Origin: Eledone cirrhosa
Lineage: Eukaryota
Direction of reading: 5' to 3'
Length of the DNA: 64,000 nt
Assembly: GCA_964016885.1 (NCBI GenBank)
Contig: OZ024741.1
Location: 81,344,001-81,408,000 of the forward strand
The translations under genes and the position numbers were made by a program. Every line of letters starts with the position of its first letter. The first letter of the stretch is position 1. The notes under the pieces were generated by a model. It was not told where the DNA came from, did not search any database, and saw only the letters and a list, made by a program, of their open reading frames with translations. This document shows positions 48,672 through 64,000 of the stretch, piece by piece.

Positions 48672-48765
48672 AATTGATGTCTGACATATCTCAACTGTGC
48701 TGATGGTTCAATTCCAGTCTTGACTGCCAAGACTGAAATTGAACCAGGTATGTCAGACATCAATT

Positions 48766-48831
48766 TATTTTATCTGATGAGGACGTACTGATGAAATAGC
48801 TCAGTACCTCTGAAATATGTATAATAAAATA
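48766..48831 (+). ncRNA. Minimal type I hammerhead ribozyme motif (right arm of inverted repeat)
   Basis: tattttat CTGATGA ggac-gtactga..tcagtac-ctct GAAA tatgta TA ataaaata; perfect 8-bp stem I. Confidence 0.72.
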
Positions 48832-51348
48832 TATTTGATCACATGAATGTCTATATTTATTAATATTTTGAAGTAATATATATATATTGAGTTGAAAACT
48901 CACAATAGTTATTATATATATATAACACAAGAAGTAACTATATGTAATAGTTATTATATATATATAACACAAGAAGTAACTATATGGTTGTATCAAACAC
49001 ACATAAACATATATATGCCTGCATATATATTTTTTAATTATATATTAAAATACATACATAAAGTTATGTATGTCCCGTTTATGTATATCTAGGGCACTGT
49101 AAAGTGGTTGGTCATAGGAAGAGCATGAAATCGTAGAAACCTTGCCAAACAAATGATCGGGAGAATACTTCAGTTATGTCCAAAGACATGACAATCTCCC
49201 TAGTGTTGGGGATCTACACCATAAACGCACCAGTCGTAAAAAGCTTACCAATTAAAAAGTTGGGTGGATCCTTCAGTGGTGTTCAAAAACATGACAACCA
49301 CCTTAGCGCACTCGGTAAAGCACGGGACCGTATGTAAGCAAGATGCAAAAACCTTCAAATCATGAGAGGTCAGTAGCCCCATTTGAGTATTGACTTGGTT
49401 TAGGAAGACACGTCTAATTCTTGGTAGCAGGCAAAACGCACGTTGAAGGATGATTTTGATGCATTTACGTTACGTTTGTACAGAGTGTGTGTGTGTATTA
49501 TTGAGTATGTATATGTGCATGTGTTCCTATATTAAGGCAGTCGATTTGGTAGAGTCGTTAGAGCATTGGATATTTGTTTCACGTCTCTGCGTTCAAATCC
49601 CGTCGAAGTCTATTTTGCCTTTCATCCTTTTGGGGTTCATGAAAGTATCAGCCCAGTTCTACTGGACCTAATGAAAGAGATGAGAAGGCACCTGTATCTA
49701 CTTGCAACTGCATATGGGCACCTAAAACCCTTAGCGGATGAATGGTACACACTACCAAATCATACATGCGTGTGTATCAGTGTGTACGTGTGTCTCAGTG
49801 TAGTCATATGTTATGTATCTGTGCACGTGTGTGTAAGAATGAGTATGTTAAGTGTGTGTATATGTGTCAATAATAAGTGCGTTTATATGTACGCCAAGCA
49901 GGTATATATACACGTGTATTGTGCATCGATGACGTGTTAAATATGTGTATGTATGTATATATATATGTGTAACTGAACTTCTATTATATTTGCAATTAAA
50001 TAAAACAATTTCTCCACCGAGGCGAATGCTTTTCATTCTTTTAGGGCTCGTTAAAATGAAGTACTAATCCAGGGCTGAGGTCGATTTAATCGACTGTTTC
50101 CTACTCCCACATTTCTGGCCTTGTGCCTAAAATTTCGAAACTACTATTTCGTTACTTCATTTACCATTAATCGAACTCACGAACTTAACTATTAAACCAC
50201 ATACCCAACACCACACACCTAACTTGCAAGAAGTGCTAGCATGATTACTCGTAACAAGAGGTTCATTCATCAAAACTCTTCGTCGTAAGAAACACAAAAA
50301 TTGTTTGACCGGTGCCAATGAGCTAGTTAGAAATGGCGAAATACGGTAACCAAAAATAGATATACTTAAAAAAACAATATCACTATATAAAAAAAGCGGA
50401 TTTGACCAAAGAAGTAAACTTTTTTTTTCCTTTTAAATATAATCAAGATATCTAAAAAATAATCGTGTGAATTTTGTTGTTTAGCTCAAAGTCAGCCTTG
50501 ACCGAATAAAAAAAAACAACGAATATTAATCGTGACAGCTATCCCGACTTTGTTTTTCATGTGGAATGTGTGTGTATGTGTGTCCACACACATACGTATG
50601 ACTACATTATATATACCCAATATATCTTTTCTTGCTTTAAGAGACTGTAACGTGTATGATTTGATGAAGGGTGATTTAGCTGCTATTTCTAGAAGTTTAA
50701 TCGACCACGCAGTTAGTTCGTTTCCTTTGTTTGCAGCACAAGTCAGTTGTAACCATCGTATATTTTCCGTATATATCAATGACCACATTATTTAGCCCGT
50801 CTTCTTGTTTTTAGAAAACGGTAGTGTGCGTGAGGAAATTTGACTGATATGTTTAGCATAGTGGTTCCAGTTTCCAGTAGTGGTTAGACAGCAAAAATAA
50901 AAACAGAAACGAGCAGATTCAACACTATTAATATATATGTGTGAGTGTGTGTTCCCAGTAACGAAACAAGAGATAGTCCAGGGGACAAACTGAATGCTTT
51001 GTGTTTGTCCGGTGACAGGTCACTTCGCAGAAGTCAAGACCCTACGAAGTGAAGAAAGATACTACCTATCATTCAATTTGAGAAGGTTGAATTATATATA
51101 TATATATATACCATTATTGTACGTCAAATTAATAAATTACAATGTCAATACGTTTGCCTCTACATACAACGTTCACCTAAAAAGAAAAAAATTAGCTTTG
51201 TAATATTTAGATTTTTCTGAAATATATATATTGAGTCAACAAAGTTGGAAAAAATATATTCGTGATAATTTTCTGGTGTGCGATTGTGATATCTTATTTT
51301 TTAATATTTTCTATTTATTTTTTTAAATGTTTTAATTGATTATTTAAT

Positions 51349-51379
<31 letters not shown>

Positions 51380-51388
51380 ATTACCTAC

Positions 51389-51982
51389 CTCTTTAACTTT
51401 TTCTCTTCGCGCTTTGTAAATGGGATCATCCGGCTCACCACCTTGAACTCCTTCTCCACCTCTATGGTCATGCACAATATGTTCCTTAAGAAGTTTATCC
51501 TGTTCCTCTTTATTTTTTTTTTTTTGCAACTTAAGTTTATTTTTGTCTTCATCGATTGATTTCTTATATTCGGCTGCAGTGTCTTTACTCATGTTTAATC
51601 TCTCTTCCACTGATTTCGATTTCCCACCAACACCACTGTTCTTTTGTTGTTGTTGGTTTCCCGTATGTGACAAGTTGTTCTGAGCTAAATTATGATTCAA
51701 CGAATTCTGCCGGGAGTGACTGTGTTTATGTCCATTTCCATGCCCTCCACTGAACGGTTCTGGTAAAAACATTTGCTGTGCCCCTCTGGCTAGCGTATCT
51801 ACGTTCACTCGATCGCGTAATTCGGGCAGAAAGAAGAAACCCCCGAAACAGACGGTGACAAAAATAGCAAAGACTAACAGAACGATGTATTTCTCGCGAA
51901 ATCGAAGAATTCTCCTTGTATTTGGTATGGGAACTCCATTGATGTAGCGTTGATAAGTAGGTAGAATACCCGAAGCTGCCAT
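51389..51982 (-). CDS. MAN1A: First coding exon of Golgi mannosyl-oligosaccharide alpha-1,2-mannosidase (class I, GH47; MAN1A1/MAN1A2-like): cytoplasmic tail, TM anchor, stem
   Basis: MAASGILPTYQR...RILRFREKYIVLLVFAIFVTVCFGGFFFLPE resembles the MAN1A 'LRLSEKFILLL..FITLCFGAFFFLPD' type II anchor. It ends GVQGGEPDDPIYKARREKVKE, the stem end just before the MMKHAW catalytic start. ATG context caagATGg; phase-0 donor GAG|GTAGGT at 51389/51388; 594 nt = 198 codons. Confidence 0.88.
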
Positions 51983-52089
51983 CTTGTGTGTCCACGCTAC
52001 AACATCACTGAATGAAAACATGCTTTAGCGTAGAGGAGAGCGCAACGAATCAAAGGGAGATCATCGACGTCTTGCGTGAGAATGTATTG

Positions 52090-52285
52090 TAAAACAACTG
52101 AAAAGGAAAAAGGAAAGAAAAACTGACACTGAGAGAACAAACGATATATACAGAGAGAGGGAGAGAGAGAACGAACACTATATACAGAGAGAAGAGAGAA
52201 ATAGTGATACTGTGAGAAAGAGGAAGAGAAAGAAACAAATATAGTGAGAGAGAGAGAGAAGGGGGAATGTTTGTGAGGGAGAGAA
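52090..52285 (-). repeat. GA/CT-rich low-complexity tract just upstream of the MAN1A exon (5' UTR or upstream intron)
   Basis: (GA)n-rich on plus, pyrimidine-rich on the gene strand. Possible acceptor ttttcattcag| at 52008. Confidence 0.5.
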
Positions 52286-53689
52286 GTTATTTGCCTTAGC
52301 AGTAGTCAGCTGAAAGGTTGTTCTGCATTGCTTTGCTTTTATAGTATTTCAGCTTTTAATCAAATATGCTTTCTGCTTAATAGGAGGAATGTTTGCATAT
52401 ACATACATATATATATATATATACACACACACACATATATATAGGTTTGTGTAATAAACACACTAAACATGTGCTGAATGAAGGATTCAAATACAATATA
52501 TAGTGTCTATGTGTATTTTTGGCGACATATTACTGCGAAGTCGCCGGTGAAACTTCCATGTAAGCCAGTCACTGTTAATAACTGTATGTATATAAATTGT
52601 ATGAAATTATTACTATTATTATTATATGTATACGTATGTGTGTGTATAAGGGGGATGTATGTGATATGTTTATATACAATAGACAAGCGTCTCGCTATTA
52701 ATGTGATCGAGTCAGCTATTTTAGTAGCCGTGTGTGTATGTATATATATATATACATATACATACGTAATATACATATCGGTAGGTACTGAGATAGGTGT
52801 GACATAAACATATCATACATACCGTCACATTCAGCCCTATACTCAACTTATATGTTAATTCAACGAGTAGCAACATTCTACTGGTCAAACGACTGTGTGT
52901 GCGTGTGTGAATTAAAAGTGATAGTAGTTTGATCAATAGAATGTTGTTACTTGTTGAATTAACATGTAAGTTTAGTAAGTGGCTGAGTATTCATTCCACT
53001 GACACATACCAATAACATAATTAGCGTGATACTTAAGGCAGTATAAGCCCCATTGACGGGGCCCCTAAGTGAGAAGACTGGGTCTTTCAGTGTATTTAAC
53101 AGGTACATTCCATCAGACGGATTAGGAATGTGTAGCATAGAGCAGTGGTTCTCATCCTTTTCATTACCAAGGACCCTTTTTTTTTTTAATGAAATTTTGA
53201 AGGGACACTACCGTCCCCACTGCATTACTCCTCACCCCAGATTGTTATACAGAGAAAATGATAATCGAAAGAGGGAAAAGTTTATACTTAGAGAAACATT
53301 GATACCCGATAGCGTTGATACCCAGAAAACGTTTCCCAACCCCGTCCGAGCCCGTATCATTGGGGTAGCGATGTTTAAGTACTCTCTCTTATAGTTTCAT
53401 TATACGGTCTCTCTCATTAAAATTAAACACGATAACTTTTTTGTTAGTATTTTATGAAAATACTTTTAAGAAGGTGCTTGGAATTTTGGATGTAGTGCAT
53501 AGACTGAATCCCTATATGCTATCTTTGCAGACCTCCACGGGATCCATTGGCCCCTGGTTCGGAACTGCTAGCATGGGGGTTCTGTCACGTCTAAATAATG
53601 AACTTCTTAATTCGGACAATCACCGGTTTTTTTGTTGTTGTTGTTTTTTAACGGTTGTAAGTAGATGGCTTAGCAGTCTTATTATTACT

Positions 53690-54360
53690 TATTAATTTTC
53701 TGAGTTCAAATCCTGCTGATGTAATATTTGTCTTTCATCCTTCCAAGGTCGCTAAAACAAAGTACTTCTTAAGTACTGGTGTCGTTATAATTTCTGGACT
53801 CATGCAAATGTGAAAGGATTTTTATAACTTAAAATTTACTGGGTTCAAATACTGTTCAGGTCAACTTTGCCTATTATCATGGCAGTATCGGTAGAGGATC
53901 GGACGCCATGCTTTCCAGCATAGAGTTACGTCCAATTACGGTCTGAGTTCAAATCCCGTCGAGGTTAACTTTGCTTTTCATCCTTACGGGGTCGATAAAA
54001 TAAAGTACCAGTAATACACTGTGTAATTGCTGGCCTTGTGCCAAAAGTAGAAACAATTATTCGGGAGTGGATAAAATAAAGTACCAGTTAAGTACTGGGT
54101 CAATATAATCGACTTACCCCTGCCCTACAAATTGTTAGCCTTGAGCCAATGTTATAAACAATTATTATAAGGGAGAACCGTTCGAGCATCGAACAAAATG
54201 GGTGTCCTTTAGTTACGGTCCGAGTACAAATCCCGCCGAGGTCAACCTTACCTGTCATCTTTCCAGGGCGGATAAAATAAAGTACCAGTCATGTACAGGG
54301 ACCAATATACTCGATTTTCCAACCCCTATTTTCTAGCCTTTTGCTTAAATTAGAAAGAGT
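53690..54360 (+). mobile_element. Nested cluster of family-2 SINEs (young copy ~53880-54060)
   Basis: Repeated gagttcaaat / gataaaataaagtaccagt motifs. Confidence 0.8.
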
Positions 54361-54766
54361 TATTGTTTATATTGTTTATATTTAATACTAATATATTGTT
54401 AACGTGTGTTGAACGCACGGGCAATCTTACCTTTTAAATGGCGGACATGTATGGAGAGTGGACACCGAATAGTCGAATGGTTAGGAAGTTCGCTTGGCAA
54501 GCATTAGAGCCCGGAAACGATGCAAATGCGTGGCATTTTCTACAAGTGTTTACCATAGCCTCGATACGACAAATGACATGTGAGTGAATTTAGGCAAAAA
54601 GAAACTGGAAGTCCATCGGATGGTGTGTTGCTTAGATTCAAAGGGTCACCCTTGTCACTCATTATGTTACGCTGAATCTCAGTGAAATTTGCATTTCCAT
54701 GGAGTGCGCATCCACTAAACGCTTTAAAGCGGTTGGTGAAAGGAAGGGCTTCCAGTCGCAGAAAAC

Positions 54767-54791
<25 letters not shown>

Positions 54792-54808
<17 letters not shown>

Positions 54809-55115
54809 GTCATTGATTGCTTGCTTGCTTGTCTGTAATGTAATATAGCCAAAAGGGCGTATAATGAGAAAATACTTTGAAAGGAAGTTGCCCCTGAAAT
54901 GGGAATAAAAATGGAATAAAACAAGTTTCGCGTAAATCGGACCACGGATTCCCGAGATATGGGGTTTTCTGGATACCTTCATAAACAGAGAGAGAAGGGG
55001 GGGATAGAGAGAAAGAGATAGCGGTTGTGAGAGAGTAGATTGAAAGAGAAACATAGAGAGAGGAAGGGGATACGGAGAATAGGAGAGAGAGAGAGCTGGA
55101 GTTGTTGTTGTTTTG

Positions 55116-55181
<66 letters not shown>

Positions 55182-55479
55182 TGTGTGTGTATATATATAT
55201 ATGTGAGTGTGTGTGTATATATATATATATATGTGTGTGTGAGTCTATGACCAGTGTATATAAATCACAGACACACACATACATATATATATGTATACAC
55301 ACACATACATTTATATATATATATACATACACACACGTATATATATATGAGCCTTACAGTTTCATTTCACATTATATACATGTCTATATTTTAATTATTT
55401 AAAAATTATTTTTAAGTGAACATGATTTTTAAAACTATTTTGAAGTGAACGTGACCCCAACAGGTCACGGGTGGTCTAG
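54792..55479 (+). mobile_element. Non-autonomous Helitron with internal microsatellites
   Basis: 5' tatataatactaaaa; 3' hairpin cgtgacc/ggtcacg followed by CTAG|T. Confidence 0.75.
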
Positions 55480-55571
55480 TATATATCATCATCATCATTT
55501 TACGTCCGCTTTTCTCTGCTTGCATATATATGCTGAAGTGCATGAGCTTAGTGGTTAAGGTCGTGGTCTAG

Positions 55572-55835
55572 TCTACATAATACTAAAATTCTGTGATTGT
55601 TTGCTTGCTTGCTTGTCTGTAATGTAATACAGCCAAAAGGGTACATAATGGGAAAATACTTAGAAAGGAAGTTGACCATGAAATGGGAATATAAATGTAA
55701 TAAAATAAGTTCGCGTAAATCCGAGATATGGGGTTTTTCTAGGTACCTTCATAAACAGAGAGAGAAAGAGATAGTCGTTGTGAGAGAGTAGATTGAAAGA
55801 GACAGAGCGAAGGAGAGGAGACAGAGGAGCATGAA

Positions 55836-55884
<49 letters not shown>

Positions 55885-55890
55885 AAGAGC
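55572..55890 (+). mobile_element. Second copy of the same Helitron (5' part)
   Basis: TCTACATAATACTAAAA start; aligns with 54792-55100. Confidence 0.7.
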
Positions 55891-56009
55891 TGAGGGTATA
55901 TATATGTGTGTGTATATATATCCATATATATGTATATATATACTTATGTATGTATATATATATTATATGCATATATATAATATATACACATATATATATG
56001 TATATAAAC

Positions 56010-56063
<54 letters not shown>

Positions 56064-56078
56064 GTATATATACATATG

Positions 56079-56113
<35 letters not shown>

Positions 56114-56126
56114 GTATATATACATA

Positions 56127-58135
56127 TGACAATAGTAGTTGGGATCTATAGGCCACCCCAAACGCCTCTACCATGCCTCAATGAATGCCTCAACAGTATA
56201 AAGTGTTTCACCCAACAGCGGACTTCAACCTCCCCGGTGTTGACTGGTCCACAAACAGCTAAATACCAGGTTTTCCCACCTCAACCCCTGAAAAGGGCGC
56301 AGTAGAATCGCTTCTTGTCTTCATGGATGAGTTTATCCTGTTCCAACTTGTGTTCGAACCAACAAGGTGTTACAAAAACGTCTTCGACCTTATGTTCTGT
56401 AACCCCACTGACACTATCCACAATATTGCAGTGGAAAAAACTCTACTCTCAGACCATGACATGGTTCTCTGTGATCTGAGATTCCACCGTCCAAAAAGCA
56501 GACCCAATGACATCTCTCCAGTTCATCCATTTGTTACCCTGGATCTTCATAATGCAAACTGGGAATCAAGCAATCATGATGTTGCGCATGTCGATTGGTC
56601 TTTCACGCACACTCACACATCCACTAAGAAACAAATCCTGGCAGACATTTGTAGACACTGTAACAAATATATGTGCAAAACATGCCCCATTAAGATCTGT
56701 AAACAAATCTAAGTGCAGAATCCGTAGAAATAGAACACTTATCAGAAAAATTAAAAGAATTAACAAGAAAATCAACAAACTGAAATACTGCCAGCAGCAA
56801 CACACCTATTTGACTGCCATTAGATCACTAGAATCGAAAAAAACACAACCTTCAAAACAGCATGATGTCCATCATCAAAAAGCAAAGAGCAGTTGAAGAG
56901 GCCTGGGCCATTGAAAAAATCAAACTCAATCCCAAAGTGTTCTTTTCATTTGCGAGAAAGCACAAGGTCACTGGCTCCACTGTTGGCCCTCTAATTGATG
57001 AAAATGGTACTCTCCAAGATAATGCTAAAACCATGGGTCAGGTACTGTAGAAACAATACTGCTCTGTTTTCAGCAATCCTGATATGGCTAGTCTGGGCTG
57101 TATCAGTGATGTTAATCCCCAACACACTATAATCCCTTGCTGTGAATTATCGTCCAATCTCACTCACCTCTCATATCATTAAGGTACTTGAGAGGGTGGT
57201 GAGATAACTCACTTTCTTGAAAGCAACAATCTGATGAACTACAACCAACATAGGTTGCGTAATGGAAGGGATTGCCTAACGGAGCTACTACATCCGTGAC
57301 ATTTTGAGAGCTTTGGGAGAGAGCTCCAACACTGGTGTCATCTACCTTGATTTCAGCAAGGCCTTTGACAGGGTTGATCACAACATTCTACTAAGAGAAC
57401 TATCCATATTTGGTGTCACTGGAAAGTTGCTGCAGTGTTTTCTATCAAACAGAGCCCAACATGTTCTAGTCGAAGGAGTAAATTGCAGCCCAGCCAAAGT
57501 CAGTAGTGGTGTCCCAAGGCCCATTTCTTTTCATTATCTATATTAATGACATTACTGACATCATCAAGCACAGCAGCATAAGAATCTTCGCAGATGATTC
57601 CAAGCTCCAGAAGATCATCAATGGCGTGGCTGAGCGGATATGCCTCCAATCGTATCTACTTGCCAATGGGCGGAAAAGAACAATATGCTGCTGAACGAGG
57701 ATAAATTTGAGTGAATCCACTTTGGAAAAGAGGATGTACTGAAACTCCCATACTCACCTCCTTCAGGTGAAACTCCCGTGGCATCCAACAACATCGGAGA
57801 CTTGTGGACAACAACATAGGCTACGCCACTAGCATCTAATAACAATACGGCACAATTATTTCACCTCAATTGGCCCCGCTCTCTTTGACATTACACCAAA
57901 ACGCATTAAAAGAGAAACAGACCCCATAAAGTTCAAGAAGTCTTTGGACAATTTCCTTCAAGAAACCACTGATAAACCTCCTACACCCGGATATGTCTCC
58001 GTAAACAATAACTCCCCCACATTGAGTGGGCTGTGGTGTCCGAATCCTGATTTGAAAGACTTCGCCAGGTGGTGCCATTAAGTTAGACATGGCCTGGGCC
58101 AATACTGGCCGAAACCTATCAAAGTTATCAAAGTT
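56127..58135 (+). mobile_element. Degraded CR1/L2-type LINE (APE and RT remnants, internal deletions, 3' tail)
   Basis: [46 protein letters not shown]-like, IFADDSKL; tail tatcaaagttatcaaagt. Confidence 0.88.
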
Positions 58136-58160
58136 ATATATGTGTATATATCTATGTACA

Positions 58161-58232
<72 letters not shown>

Positions 58233-58235
58233 TAC

Positions 58236-58299
<64 letters not shown>

Positions 58300-58310
58300 G
58301 TATGTGTGTG

Positions 58311-58343
<33 letters not shown>

Positions 58344-59622
58344 TCCCTTCGCATGGCTTCCTGCTTCATCCAGCGTGGATATCCCTCCACCCTGATCCAG
58401 GCTGCTCTCACCCGCGCCCGTGAAACAGAACTCACCACAGTCCTCTCACCTCACCCTCGCCCTCCCAACATCCGTGTTCCTTTCCCTCTCACCTACCACC
58501 CCATCACACTACCACTCCGGCGACATATCCTCCGTTCCTTCCGTATCCTCTCTTCTGACCCCGTCACATCTCGCTTTTTTCAAAACCCACCCATTACTGC
58601 TTTTAAGCGTGCCCGCAACCTCCGCGACTTCCTGGTTCGCAGTACCTTTTCGTCCTCTCCTACGACTCCACCCGGCTCTCATCCTTGTTCCCGTTTCCGC
58701 TGCAACACTTGTCCCTTTATTTCCACTCTCACCACTCTTACAGGCCCTAACGGGTCTTTCCGTATCCGCCATTTCTTCACCTGCACATCCACCCACGTTG
58801 TCTATACCATCCGGTGTTCCCTTTGCGGGTCTTTATATATCGGACAAACGGGACGTCGTATGGCGGACCGTTTTGCCGAACATTTGAGCGACATACTTTG
58901 GATACGCCCGTCATTTCTGTTCTCCTGGTCATTCTTCCCTACATGTTTCAGTCCTGGGTGTCCTTTTACATCATAGATCACAGGCCTCACGCACCAGTAC
59001 TGAACAAAGTCTGATTCACCGCCTTGGGTCCTATTCCCCTCTTGGACTCAACTCATCTCCCCAATTTCTCTAATACCCCGTCCATTAACACACCCTTAGA
59101 TTCCTATCGCTTTCTCTTGATCATTAACATCTTCTCTTACAACTAATACATGCCGACTATATATGCTCACTCCCCTTTTCCCTTCACTGTTCTGTATACA
59201 CACATACACACCCTTATATTAACATACTTTTGCTCATAGCTTCGTACTTACATGTACACACACTCTTTGACTCACATATACACACACATTTCTTCTTAGC
59301 TTCGTACGGACGTATAATAACACACACACACACACACACATACGTACGCACGTGCACACATATAGCTCTTTTTACAAAACGTTTTATTTTCCATTTCAGG
59401 TAGACGCGCTCCATCATCCACTTTTCTAAAAAATAAATCATACACAAAACGCCAGCACCAACAGTTTTACAAGAGATGTTAACATGAATGGACCTGTTAT
59501 TTTTATCTAAAGACATGTTTTCCAATTCCAGCCCACCCGTCCCCTCAATCTATCTTATTTCTCATTCTTTCTTCTGATGAAGGACTAGCGTCCGAAACGT
59601 TAAGACCCTCTTCCTGCCTGCT
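58344..59622 (+). mobile_element. 5'-truncated Penelope-like element (Neptune-like): RT thumb, Cys linker, GIY-YIG endonuclease, 3' pLTR
   Basis: FIQRGYP...[10 protein letters not shown]...[10 protein letters not shown]...[33 protein letters not shown]; later EQSLIHRLGSYSPLGLN*; (TA)n on both sides. Confidence 0.9.
59570..59605 (+). ncRNA. Minimal hammerhead ribozyme in the Penelope pLTR
   Basis: tctt CTGATGA a ggac-tagc-gtcc GAAA cg TT aaga. Confidence 0.8.
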
Positions 59623-59730
59623 ATATATATATGTATATATGTATGTGAAAGGTAAACAGAAATAACAACACAATCGGTACAGTATATGGAAGGGATATAT
59701 AGGTTAACGCTTGATATAGCAGGAAGAGTG

Positions 59731-59766
59731 TCTTAACGTTTCGGACGCTAGTCCTTCATCAGAAGA
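59731..59766 (-). ncRNA. Same hammerhead in an inverted pLTR copy (59719-59862)
   Basis: Reverse complement of 59570-59605. Confidence 0.8.
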
Positions 59767-59871
59767 AATAATGAGAAATAAGATAGATTGAGGTTACGGG
59801 CGGGATGGAATTGGAAAAAAATGTCTTTTGATAAAAATAACAGGTCCATTCATGTTGACATCATATATATG

Positions 59872-59972
<101 letters not shown>

Positions 59973-60251
59973 ACGAAGGAGTTTCGACGGCTATTTCTGG
60001 ACTAAAGTAAAAGTTTTTTTAGTCTGGTAAAAGTCAGGATATGGCGCGGTAGGGTCGGAAAGTGCTCTACAACTGGGGTAGGAGCTAGATAACGAAGGGG
60101 TTGTGGTAAGGAACCAGATCGGCCATAACGCACCAGAGTACTCAATACTTAGGGTAGTAGAGTGGGTAATACCAGACTAAAAAAACTCTTACTTTAGTGC
60201 AGAAATAGCCGTCGAAACGGCTTGAGCTCTGCCGTCGGGGTCATACTTTCT

Positions 60252-60291
<40 letters not shown>

Positions 60292-60292
<1 letters not shown>

Positions 60293-61137
60293 TAGATGTG
60301 TCAGAAAAGTAAAAGGACTGTCTTCTGTATGAGTTATGAATGTGATATGGATTAGCGGGTTGCGTCACCGTGTTACGTAATATCAGCGTTCTTAGCTCTT
60401 TCCAGCCATTGCATTTTTTTCACGTGCTTTTGTTAACAGCTCCTCAATTTTAGGCTATTGAGCGATGGGGTCATAGCATCCAACCAGCTTGAAGTTTCTG
60501 GTCCAGCTACGAAAAACTCCGTCAGAAGCACTTGGAATATTGTAGCAAGTGTACGGAAATGAAACGATGTCAAGTGGCACAAAAGATTTAAAAAGGGACG
60601 CAAGGACATGGGAGATGATCCCATGAGCGGAAGGCCTTCAACAAGCAGGACTCTGGCCAACGTTGAGGGCGTGAGGCAGATGGGGCGTGGCAATCGTCGG
60701 CTGATAGTTCGATTGATTGCAAGTGAGCTGGGTATGAACCGCGACAGTGTTTGGAAGATTATCACCGAAGATTTGGCGCATGCAGAAGATCTACGTGAAG
60801 AGCATCCGGCATTTTCTGGCCGAGAAGAATATCGCCGGGCCAGAGCAACCTCCCTACTCACCTGACCTGGCTCCGTGTGATATTTTTCCTTTTCCTCAAG
60901 CCCAAGAGGGCCATCAAGAGGACCCGTTATTCCGGATGCAGAAGTCATCAAGAGAGCCGTGGTAACGGACCTGTAGGAATTCTCGAGAGAATCCTTCCAA
61001 GAGTGGTTGGAGGCGTGACAGAGAAGGGTGAAAAAGGTGCGTAAGATTCGAGGGAGATTATTTGGAAGGGGAAAACTTGTTTGGATTTCAAATATCATTT
61101 TACAACTCCCGTCCTGTTTCTTTTCTGGCACACCTCG
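60292..61137 (+). mobile_element. Internally deleted mariner DNA transposon
   Basis: Imperfect ~27-bp TIRs (ctagatgtgtcagaaaagtaaaaggac / gtcctgtttcttttctggcacacctcg); WHKRFKKGR..DDPMSGRP HTH region joined to PPYSPDLAPCD. Confidence 0.9.
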
Positions 61138-61143
61138 TGTGTA

Positions 61144-61175
<32 letters not shown>

Positions 61176-61226
61176 AAATTAGAATTGGTGTTCTGAAATA
61201 GCTATATATATATGAATGTATATATA

Positions 61227-61441
61227 GTGTATTTTGCAATACACTGTATGCTTAATTAAAAGCATTTCGAAGACCTTATGCTATTGTTTTAGAGTAGTGA
61301 GAGTCTCACTTACTTTAATTTTCAGCAAACAGGGGAGATTTGCTGAAAATTAAAGTAAGTGAGACTGTCACTACTCTAAAACAATAGCATAAGGTCTTCG
61401 AAATGCTTTTAATTAAGCATACAGTGTATTGCAAAATACAC
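61227..61441. repeat. Palindrome, 103-bp arms, 9-nt loop, one mismatch; carries the 3' half of a hammerhead
   Basis: Arms 61227-61329 / 61339-61441; GAAA tgctt..aagca TA at 61400-61421. Confidence 0.9.
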
Positions 61442-61512
61442 AATACACTATATATACATTAATAAATATATATATATATATATATATATAATTACATGCA
61501 CACACGCACACG

Positions 61513-64000
<2,488 letters not shown>

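Noticed and set aside
51344-51388. ORF extension VGNNNNYIYNNNNN after KVKE
   Set aside because: Read-through into the intron past the GTAGGT donor.

Overview
AT-rich, repeat-dense eukaryotic DNA, most consistent with an octopus (inferred from the SINE/RTE repertoire and massive (TA)n/(TACA)n arrays). One host coding exon is recognisable: the first coding exon of a Golgi alpha-1,2-mannosidase (MAN1A-like, GH47) on the minus strand at 51389-51982. No second exon is visible, so 1-51388 is probably one very long intron. The rest is mobile DNA: two RTE LINE families, CR1/L2-type LINEs, a Neptune-like Penelope element, an internally deleted mariner, non-autonomous Helitrons, three tRNA-SINE families and an ~8.5 kb TA/TACA array next to a 200-N gap. 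Nearly all ORFs rich in Y/I/C/M/V are microsatellite artefacts. Two signals stand out. First, there are at least 10 type I hammerhead ribozyme motifs in short elements sitting in (TA)n tracts, some with very long stem II, fold-back palindromes and a shared ACTCT..GTATTGAGTAC 3' hairpin; four lie on the MAN1A sense strand near the intron start. Second, a near-consensus recursive splice site (branch point, pyrimidine tract, CAG|GTAAGT) lies on the MAN1A strand at 7750/7749, inside a perfect 130-bp inverted repeat pair. All coordinates and pairings were read by eye.
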